A stretch of 64,000 nt of DNA from Terriglobia bacterium (GTDB lineage: Bacteria > Acidobacteriota > Polarisedimenticolia > Polarisedimenticolales > JAIQFR01). Where the stretch lies: contig CAVVHE010000005.1 in the NCBI GenBank assembly GCA_963748015.1, forward strand, positions 576,001-640,000, given 5' to 3'. The position numbers and the translations under genes were made by a program. The notes beneath the pieces are model-generated. The model saw only the letters and a list, made by a program, of their open reading frames with translations, searched no databases and was not told the origin of the DNA. Below, in pieces: positions 47,205 through 55,048 of this stretch (positions within the stretch are counted from its first letter, which is position 1; every line of letters starts with the position of its first letter).

Positions 47205-50168
47205 ATGAAGTTGTCGCTCCGCTGCGCGGCCGCCCTGGTGCTCGCCCTGGGTCTTACGACCCTCCCTGCGGGAGCGCAGTTCGGCCAGAACAAGATCGCC
47301 TACGAGCGCTTCGAGTGGAAGACCTATCCGTCGCCCCACTTCGACGTGTACTACTACGAGGCGGAGGCGGACCTCCTCCAGGACGTGGTTTCCTACGCCG
47401 AGAGCGCTTACGTCAGGATCAGCAAGGACCTGGATCACGAGCTCCGCTCTCGCATCCCCCTGGTGATCTACAAGACCCACGCCGAGTTCGAGCAGACCAA
47501 CATCACGATGGAGGAGCTGCCCGAGGCGGTGGGAGCCTTCGCCGAGCCGATCCAGAACCGCATGGTGATCCCGCTCGACGAGCCCCCGGACCGGCTGTTC
47601 ACGCTGATCGCCCACGAGCTGACCCACATCTTCCAGTACTCGCTCTTCTACGAGGGGTACCTCGGTCGCGCGCTGCGCTCGAACCCGCCGGCCTGGATCA
47701 TGGAGGGGATGGCCTCGTACTTCGGCCAGGACGAGGACAGCTTCGACCGGATGGTGATCCGCGACGCGGTGGTGAACAACATCCTGCCCCCGATCCAGGC
47801 GCTGACGTATCCCTCGTTTCTCGCCTACCGCTTCGGCCATGCGGTCTTCGATTTCATCGAGCAGGAGTTCGGCAAGGAAGGTCTCCGGAACTTCATCTAC
47901 GAGTACCGAAAGGTGCTGCTGACCAACAACGTCGAGAAGGCGGTGAAGGAGGCGTTCGGCTTCGACCTGGACGAGTTCAACCGCCGGTTCAACCGGTTCC
48001 TGCGGCGGAAGTACTTCCCAGTCCTCCTCGAGAAGAAGGTGCCGGAAGACTACGGGAAGGAGATCGGGATGAAGAAGGAGGGCGTGTTCACCTTCTCCCC
48101 CACGCTCTCCCCGTCCGGCCAGCTGGTGGCCGCGCTCGCCACCCCGAAGATGGAGCTCGACCTCGTGGTCCTGTCCGCCGAGGACGGCTCCGTCATCCGC
48201 AACCTCACGAAGGGCTGGACCAACCGGTACGAGTACCTCGTGGCGGAGGCGTTCAGCGGACGCCGGGACCTCTCCTGGTCGCCCGAGGAGGACGAGATCG
48301 CGGTGTTCGCGCGGCGGGAGAATATCCGGCCCCTCCTGCTGTTCGACGCGCTCACGGGACGGCTGCTCCGCAGGATCCCGCTGCCGGGGATCGCCCAGTG
48401 CAAGAGTCCGGTGTTCTCGCCGGACGGCAAGCGGGTCGCGTTCGAGGGAAACAAGGACGGGGTCGTGGACCTCTTCGAGCTGGACATCGCCACCGGCTCG
48501 GTCCGCAACCTGACCCAGGACGAGTTCTACGACGCCAACCCCTGGTACCTCGCCGACGGCAAGACGCTGGTGTACAACCGCAGGATCGGCCCCTACTGGA
48601 AGATCTTCCAAGTGGACCTTCAGGATCCTTCCCGGAAAACCCAGCTCACGTTCGGCCCGTCCCTCGACATCCAGCCCGCCATGTCGCGCGACGGCAAGAC
48701 CCTGTTCTTCTCGTCGGACCGTGGGACGAGCGGCGTCTTCAACATCTTCGCCCTCGACCTCGGGTCGGGGGAACTGCGCCAGTACACCGACGTGGTCGGC
48801 GGCTGCTTCACCCCCGTAGAGATGGCGGAGCGGGACGGCGAGCCCTACCTCGTGTTCTCGTCGTTCTTCCAGGGGACTTTCCGGCTGTTCCGGATGCCGC
48901 TCAGGCAACCCGAGGCGAGGATCGCTCCCCCGTCCGCTCCGGAGCCGGCGGCCGAGATCCGGCCGTTCGAGCCGCCGCTCGCCCTGACCGTGGACGCGGG
49001 GAAGATCGGTCCGTTCAAGAACCGCTGGAGCATCGACGCGCCGTACGTTTCGGTCGGGGTCACGGACGACGGGACATTCCTGGCGAACGCCGCGATCCAG
49101 TTCACCGACCTCCTCGGCGACCAGCGGGTCTTCTTCAATGCGTACAGCGTCGCTAGCTTCTCGAACCTCATGGCGCAGTACCTGAATCTCCGGCACCGCC
49201 TGCGCTGGGGCGCCATCGTGTACGACTACCGGGACTACTACGCCCAGGTCTACTCCAGCGGCTACACCTCCCAGCAGGACCAGATACAGCGAACGACGGG
49301 CGCCACCTTCTTCGTCCAGTACCCAATGAGCCGCCACTACCGCCTCGACGGGTCCGTGGGCCTCATGGACCGCGCGCAGGACTACATCGTGGGCGCGTCG
49401 CCGATCACCGGGGCCCCTGTCACCGAGTCCGTCGTCGACCGGTTCGTTCTCCTCGGCACCACGCTCACCGGCGACACGACACGCTTCCAGGAGTGGGGGG
49501 CTTTCCAGGGGAAGCGCTTCACCCTGGGGGTCCTTTACGGGGCCAACGCCGGCGGCGACGTCCCGGGAGACCTCCTCGAGTATTCGACGGACTTCCGGGC
49601 CTACAAGCAGCTGACCCGCCGCTCGCTGCTGGCGTGGAGGCTCGCGGCCGCGGTCAGCGCGGGCGCACGGCCGACCTACTATTCGCTGGGCGGGATCAAC
49701 CAGCTGCGCGGGTACGACTTCCGCGACTACTTCGGGACGCGCGTCGCCTGGAGCAATCTCGAGCTACGCTTCCCGCTGGTCGACCAGATGAGCTTCCCCT
49801 TCGGCGCGATCCGATCGATCCGGGGATTCCTCTTCATGGACGTCGGGGCAGCCTGGTCCGAGAGCGGGGTGTTCTACGACCCCGAGCTCGGGTACGGGGC
49901 CATCCGGATCGACCCGCAGACCGGAAAGCCGATCAAGTTCTCGATGTGGGACTCCGACAACAGCCGGTTCATGGACGGCCGCGGCTCCTACGGCTGGGGG
50001 TTCCAGTTCATGTTCGTCGGCGGCCTCCAGTTCAACTGGACCTGGGCGCAGCGGATGGCGTACACCCGCTACGAGCCGGCGCTCGACGGCGACCAGATCG
50101 TCCTGGTTCCGAAGAAGGGGGACGTGGACGGCTGGCGTTACTCGTTCTACATCGTTTACGATTTTTAG
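47205..50168 (+). CDS. Peptidase-MA + PD40/TolB propeller + Omp85 (BamA/TamA-like) barrel fusion
   Basis: AHELTH...EGMA zincin motif; SPxG/SPDG repeats; LGG...LRGY and ELRFP; terminal Phe. Confidence 0.85.
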   Translation: MKLSLRCAAALVLALGLTTLPAGAQFGQNKIAYERFEWKTYPSPHFDVYYYEAEADLLQDVVSYAESAYVRISKDLDHELRSRIPLVIYKTHAEFEQTNITMEELPEAVGAFAEPIQNRMVIPLDEPPDRLFTLIAHELTHIFQYSLFYEGYLGRALRSNPPAWIMEGMASYFGQDEDSFDRMVIRDAVVNNILPPIQALTYPSFLAYRFGHAVFDFIEQEFGKEGLRNFIYEYRKVLLTNNVEKAVKEAFGFDLDEFNRRFNRFLRRKYFPVLLEKKVPEDYGKEIGMKKEGVFTFSPTLSPSGQLVAALATPKMELDLVVLSAEDGSVIRNLTKGWTNRYEYLVAEAFSGRRDLSWSPEEDEIAVFARRENIRPLLLFDALTGRLLRRIPLPGIAQCKSPVFSPDGKRVAFEGNKDGVVDLFELDIATGSVRNLTQDEFYDANPWYLADGKTLVYNRRIGPYWKIFQVDLQDPSRKTQLTFGPSLDIQPAMSRDGKTLFFSSDRGTSGVFNIFALDLGSGELRQYTDVVGGCFTPVEMAERDGEPYLVFSSFFQGTFRLFRMPLRQPEARIAPPSAPEPAAEIRPFEPPLALTVDAGKIGPFKNRWSIDAPYVSVGVTDDGTFLANAAIQFTDLLGDQRVFFNAYSVASFSNLMAQYLNLRHRLRWGAIVYDYRDYYAQVYSSGYTSQQDQIQRTTGATFFVQYPMSRHYRLDGSVGLMDRAQDYIVGASPITGAPVTESVVDRFVLLGTTLTGDTTRFQEWGAFQGKRFTLGVLYGANAGGDVPGDLLEYSTDFRAYKQLTRRSLLAWRLAAAVSAGARPTYYSLGGINQLRGYDFRDYFGTRVAWSNLELRFPLVDQMSFPFGAIRSIRGFLFMDVGAAWSESGVFYDPELGYGAIRIDPQTGKPIKFSMWDSDNSRFMDGRGSYGWGFQFMFVGGLQFNWTWAQRMAYTRYEPALDGDQIVLVPKKGDVDGWRYSFYIVYDF

Positions 50169-51073
50169 TCGAAACGCGAGCGGCCCCGGACCGCGAAGCC
50201 GGCGCTCAGGAGCCCCACCAGGATCCCGGAGCCGACGACGAGGGCCTTCGCCGCGGCGGGCAGCGCGCGCCCCACCAGGAGATCGAGTACCACGCCCGGC
50301 GCCTCTCCCGCGGACGCCAGGACCGCGCGGCGCGCCAGCTCCAGCAGGAAGAGCGACGACGTCGACGCCACGAGCCCCTGGACGAAGCCGGAGACGAGGA
50401 ACGGGCCGCGGACGAGCGCCGGCGGCGCCCCCACGAGCAACATGATCTCGATCTCCTCGCGGCGCGCGTAGACGGCCAGGCGCATCACGCTCGACATCAC
50501 GAAGATCACGGCGGCGAGGACCGCGAGCGCCACGCCTCCGCCGGCGAGACGCGCCATGCGCAGCATGCCGTCGAGGCGGTCGAGCCAGGCGAGGTCGAAG
50601 CGCACCTCCTCGATGCCGGCGAGACCCGAGACCGCGGCGGCCACGCGCCGCGCGGCCGTCGCCGCCCCCGGGCCGGGGGCGACGAAGGCCTCGATCGAGG
50701 CGGGGAACGGGCTCGTCCCCACGGCCGAGGCGACGTCCGCCAGCTCCCCGAGCGACTCCCGGAAGAGCCTTAGCGCCTCGTCCTTCCCGACGAAGCGGAC
50801 CGAGGAGACGTCGGGCAGCGCGGCCAGCCGGCCCGAGATCGCCTTTCTCGCGCTCTCGTCGGCGTCGTCCCGGAGGTACACCTGCACACGGACCGCGCTT
50901 CGCCACCCGTCGAGCCGCGCGCCGACGTTGTGGACCGCGAGGAAGGCGCCGCCCGCGAGGAAGAGGACCACGGCGAGCGTCACCGTCGCCAGGATGTTGA
51001 CTCCGGGGCTGTGGCGCCACTCGTCCAAGGCGTCCGCGACGTAGTAGCGCAGGCGGCCTGCCGCGGGGCTCAC
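50165..51073 (-). CDS. ftsX: Cell division permease FtsX
   Basis: Four-TM layout, RREEIEIMLLVGA...VRGPF; follows ftsE. Confidence 0.9.
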   Translation of the reverse strand: MSPAAGRLRYYVADALDEWRHSPGVNILATVTLAVVLFLAGGAFLAVHNVGARLDGWRSAVRVQVYLRDDADESARKAISGRLAALPDVSSVRFVGKDEALRLFRESLGELADVASAVGTSPFPASIEAFVAPGPGAATAARRVAAAVSGLAGIEEVRFDLAWLDRLDGMLRMARLAGGGVALAVLAAVIFVMSSVMRLAVYARREEIEIMLLVGAPPALVRGPFLVSGFVQGLVASTSSLFLLELARRAVLASAGEAPGVVLDLLVGRALPAAAKALVVGSGILVGLLSAGFAVRGRSRFD

Positions 51074-51738
51074 GGCCGGTCCCCAGGGTCCACGATGCGG
51101 CCGCGCTCGATCACGAGGGTTCGCCGCTGCATCCGCCGGACCATCTCGCGGTCGTGCGTGGCGACGACCACGGTGGTCCCCCGCGCGTTGATCTCGCGGA
51201 AGAGCCTCATGATCTCCACCGAGAGGTCGGGGTCGAGATTCCCCGTGGGCTCGTCCGCGAGAAGCAGCTCCGGCTCGTTGACCACGGCGCGCGCGATCGC
51301 GACCCGCTGCTGCTCTCCGCCGGACAGCGCGTCGGGCAGCACGCCGATCCGGTGCTGCAGCCCGACCCCCTTGAGCGCCAGGTACGCGCGCCGCCTCTGC
51401 TCGGCGACCGGGAGCCCCGCCACGTTGAGCACGTAGGCGACGTTCTCGAGGGCCGTCTTCCGCCGTATCAGCTTGAAGTCCTGGAAGACGAACCCGATGA
51501 GCCGCCGCAGCTCCGGCACGTGCGATGCCCGGAGCTTCGCCAGGTCTCTCCCCGCGACCTCGAGGCGGCCCTCGTCGGGAACTTCCTGGCGCAGGAGGAG
51601 CCTCAACAGCGTCGATTTCCCGGCGCCGGAAGGACCGGTGATGAACACGAAGTCGCCCCGCCCGACCTCGAACGAGACGTCCTGCAGGGCGGTCGTCCCG
51701 TGGGGGTACCGCTTGGACACGCTCTCGGCGCGGATCAT
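51070..51738 (-). CDS. ftsE: Cell division ATPase FtsE
   Basis: GPSGAGKST, VFQDFKL, LSGGEQQR, ADEPTGNLD, ATHD. Confidence 0.93.
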   Translation of the reverse strand: MIRAESVSKRYPHGTTALQDVSFEVGRGDFVFITGPSGAGKSTLLRLLLRQEVPDEGRLEVAGRDLAKLRASHVPELRRLIGFVFQDFKLIRRKTALENVAYVLNVAGLPVAEQRRRAYLALKGVGLQHRIGVLPDALSGGEQQRVAIARAVVNEPELLLADEPTGNLDPDLSVEIMRLFREINARGTTVVVATHDREMVRRMQRRTLVIERGRIVDPGDRP

Positions 51739-51757
51739 GCGGTGCCCGCCCGGGGCC

Positions 51758-54553
51758 TCACCAGCTCTGGTTCACGAGGACGTCGTGGGCCAGGATCTCG
51801 CCGTCCTTGTTGAAGAAAACCTGCGCCGGCTTCTGCGCGAGCTTCAGCTTGAACGGCGTCTCCGCCGCCTCGACGAGCAGCGGCTTCGACGACTTGAATT
51901 CCTTCCCGTCGGCCGTTACGAACGTGAGGGGGGCGAGGGCGCGGAAGTACACGCCGGGCAGCTCCGTCTCGCTCTTCCCCGCGAGCACTCGCTGCTTGAT
52001 CTTCCCCTCGACGAGCCACTTCCCGTCCTCGGTCTGCCGTATGTTGTAGAACAGCGCGTATTGCGGCAGCCCCGCGACTCGGAACCACTGGTCGAAGAAC
52101 CACCCCATCGTGCCGCCGAAGTTCCGCTCGGCGACCTGCTGGATGTCGCCGGTGACGATCTGCTTCTCCGCGAACTCGGCCGCGAGGTCCTTGAGGAACT
52201 TGAAGAACTTCTCGTCGCCGAACGTCTGGCGGAGCACGTGGAACGCGTAGGGCCCCTTGAAGTAGACGTTGTACTGGTACGCGGCGCCGGGGTTCTCGCC
52301 TCCCCAGAGGGCGGAGGAGTCCTCGACGCTGCTGAGCAGCTCGAACTTCATGAGGCCGCGGCGCCAGTCGGCCACCTTCTCCTCGTAGGCCTTCCGTCCC
52401 CGCACGTTTTCCACGAACAGCGCGGCCGAGTACTCCGTCAGGCTCTCGATGAACCAATAGTTCCGGTTGTTCGCGTTCCCGATCAGCGAGCCCCACCACT
52501 GGTGGCCGGTTTCGTGCGCGACGACGTCCTTGTTGAACTTCGCGATGTCGGCGCCGCCGTCGAACATCCCGCCGCCGGCGACCGCGCCCTCGCCCCGGAA
52601 CACGCCGAAGCCGAGGTAGATGATCGAGGCGGGGGCCTGGCCGTAGAAGGCCCCCAGGGGATCGGCGACGAGGTCCAGCTTGGCGAACTTGTAGTCCTGT
52701 CCCCAGATCGCCCGGTAAAGGTTCAGGGCGTTCACCGCCTGGTCGGCGATCGCGCCGAGCTGCTTGCCCCGGATCCCCCGTGCCCCTTCGGCGGCGCGCG
52801 CTACCCGGTCCTCGACGTCGCCCATGCTCTGCACGGTCCTCGACTCCGCGAGGGTGTGGGTGCTGACCTTGTCGACATAGACGCGAACCGGGATCTCGGA
52901 GCCGTCGATCTTGGTGGCCTTGATCTTGGGGCCGTCGTCGATGTAATCGCCGTAGATGATCGTGGGGAACGAGACCGGGCGGTCGGAGGCCCAGCGCGTC
53001 GTGTTGATGCCGCCGGACGTCTCGTCCGAGAGCTTCTGGCCGACCCCCAGCACGCGGTACTTGGACCTCACCTTCACGGTCAGGTCGAACTTCTCGATCG
53101 GATCGGTGAACCTCACGAACGGGAGCCAGCCGCCGCGATCCATCATCGCGTAGGACGGATTGACGCGATAGATGCTGTCCGTGTTCGTGAACTTCATCCG
53201 GAGGGTGACCTTCGTCCCGGCGGGGAGCGGCTTGGGGAACACGACCAGCGCCGAAGCGGACCCGAGCTTCACCCAGCTCAGCTCGTTGCCGTCGCCGTCC
53301 TGGACGAAGCTGATCGTCATCTTGGGGTTCTTCGTCTCGCGCTGCTCGTCGCCGGGGCGCCGCATGCGGGAGATGCGGAAGGGAAGCTCGCGCAGCGGCT
53401 GCTTGATCGTCATCCCGTAGGTCAGGTCTCCGGTCAGCCCGTCCTCGTTGTCGAGCCCGACCTCGACCATGCCGGTCAGGCTGTCGAGGTCGAAGTCCCG
53501 CGCGTCGGAGTCCGGGCGGCGCTCGAGGTCCGTCAGGGACGGCGTGCCCTTGGTGACGTCCTCGGAGTAGTAGCCGAAGATCTCCTGCGGGTAGGCAGCC
53601 CCCCCGCCCGACGGCACGACGGCTCCGAAGCGGAGGTCCCAGGGCTCGTAGTTGTCGTAGTCGATCCAGACGCCCTTCGCTTCGGTGCCCGTCTGGCGGA
53701 CCGCGAGGTTCCACGTCTTCCGGTCGGGCGGGTACGGACGGCGGAAGGCGAAGAACCCGTTGTCCTTCAGGTTCTTCGTCCAGTCGGTGAACATGTCGTC
53801 GTACTGGTGCTGGAGCTTCGACGCCGTCTCGCCCTTGCTCACCTTCTTGAGGCCGGTGAACGCCGTCTGGAGGATCTCCTCGCACGAAGCCGCGTCGCCG
53901 TTGGCGAACACCATCTCGGGGTCGAAGACGAAGTACTGCGGGTACTCCTTCATCATGACCTGCTTGTAGCGCTCGTAGTACCCCAGGTTCAGGTTCTTGG
54001 GGGGCGCGTACTCGTACTTGAGGTCGTCCGCCATGAGCGTGAAACTCGACGGCTTGCCCATGAAGCTCGTCTTGTAGAAGCTGCCGTTCGTCGCGGTCAC
54101 CTTCATGCCGTAGCGGTCGAACGCGAACTTGTCGAAGCGGTAGAATTCGTCTTCCTCCCGCACGCTCCGGTGCAGCCCGTCGTAGGTGTCCTGGACCTCT
54201 TCCTTGGTGACGCTCCACCTCTTGTCGGCGCCCCTCGAGACCGTGAGAAGGAGCCGCTCGACCTTCGCCGAGTCCTTCTCCGCCCGGTACCTGAAGAAGG
54301 TCACCGCGTAGGTCGAGTCGTTCACCATCCGGAAGTCGGGCGAGTACGATCCGCGGGCGATCACCACCCCGTCTGCGTTCTTCTGCGACAGGAGGTCGCC
54401 GACCTTGTTCTGCATCAACGCGTCGATCGACTCGTACACGTCGAGGGGAACCGGTACGCTGGAGGCGGCGGCGGGCGGGAGCAGCGCACCCGCCGAGACG
54501 GCGACCGCGATAACCACCCAACCAAGGAGACCCCGCGACACGAGACTGGACAT
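51758..54553 (-). CDS. Secreted M1 family aminopeptidase with long N-terminal region
   Basis: AHETGHQWWG...WFIESLTEY, YFKG...H.LR, FFDQW. Confidence 0.88.
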   Translation of the reverse strand: MSSLVSRGLLGWVVIAVAVSAGALLPPAAASSVPVPLDVYESIDALMQNKVGDLLSQKNADGVVIARGSYSPDFRMVNDSTYAVTFFRYRAEKDSAKVERLLLTVSRGADKRWSVTKEEVQDTYDGLHRSVREEDEFYRFDKFAFDRYGMKVTATNGSFYKTSFMGKPSSFTLMADDLKYEYAPPKNLNLGYYERYKQVMMKEYPQYFVFDPEMVFANGDAASCEEILQTAFTGLKKVSKGETASKLQHQYDDMFTDWTKNLKDNGFFAFRRPYPPDRKTWNLAVRQTGTEAKGVWIDYDNYEPWDLRFGAVVPSGGGAAYPQEIFGYYSEDVTKGTPSLTDLERRPDSDARDFDLDSLTGMVEVGLDNEDGLTGDLTYGMTIKQPLRELPFRISRMRRPGDEQRETKNPKMTISFVQDGDGNELSWVKLGSASALVVFPKPLPAGTKVTLRMKFTNTDSIYRVNPSYAMMDRGGWLPFVRFTDPIEKFDLTVKVRSKYRVLGVGQKLSDETSGGINTTRWASDRPVSFPTIIYGDYIDDGPKIKATKIDGSEIPVRVYVDKVSTHTLAESRTVQSMGDVEDRVARAAEGARGIRGKQLGAIADQAVNALNLYRAIWGQDYKFAKLDLVADPLGAFYGQAPASIIYLGFGVFRGEGAVAGGGMFDGGADIAKFNKDVVAHETGHQWWGSLIGNANNRNYWFIESLTEYSAALFVENVRGRKAYEEKVADWRRGLMKFELLSSVEDSSALWGGENPGAAYQYNVYFKGPYAFHVLRQTFGDEKFFKFLKDLAAEFAEKQIVTGDIQQVAERNFGGTMGWFFDQWFRVAGLPQYALFYNIRQTEDGKWLVEGKIKQRVLAGKSETELPGVYFRALAPLTFVTADGKEFKSSKPLLVEAAETPFKLKLAQKPAQVFFNKDGEILAHDVLVNQSW

Positions 54554-54734
54554 TTCAAACCTCCCGGAGGAGATCGCCGGACGGCGACCCTCCCGCTCCG
54601 CGGCCCGGCATGGCGAGCTGTGGGGGACATTCTACCCCACCGGCCACTGCATCCGGGGCCTCCCCCCGCCCTCGCGGGGCCAAGACGCCTGTTCGTTACG
54701 TCCCCGGCCCGCCGAGGTTGCGCGCCTCGGCTCC

Positions 54735-54889
54735 CCGCCGGTTCCGGTCCGGGGGGTCCCTTCCCGGGCCCTGTGAACACCGCGCCTGCAATTCCTTTGC
54801 AGGCGCGGTTTCACCGGAGCGAGCCGGCGCGGCGAAGCGCGCAACGGCGAGCGCGCCCGGGAAGGGATCCCCCGGACCGGAACCGGCGG
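54735..54889. repeat. Structured intergenic element, copy 3
   Basis: 35-bp inverted arms (54735-54769 / 54855-54889, one G-T) around CCT-stem(TTCCT)-CGGAGCGA-stem(AA bulge)-GAGCG. Confidence 0.8.
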
Positions 54890-54916
54890 TGCTCGGCCGA
54901 ACCACTCGTTCCGGCA

Positions 54917-55048
54917 AGGCGGAGTTCGACTCCGCCGGAGGCGGAGCTCGACTCAGCCGGAGGCGGAGCTCGACTCAGCCGGAGGCGGAGTTCGACTCAG
55001 CCGGAGGCGGAGTTCGTCTCAGCCGGAGGCGGAGTTCGTCTCAGCCGG
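54917..55048. repeat. Tandem array of six 22-bp palindromic units
   Basis: AGGCGGAG(T/C)TCG(A/T)CTC(A/C)GCCGG x6, head-to-tail without spacers. Confidence 0.95.

Noticed and set aside
54917..55048. CRISPR array
   Set aside because: Units are contiguous with no unique spacers, and no cas genes are present.
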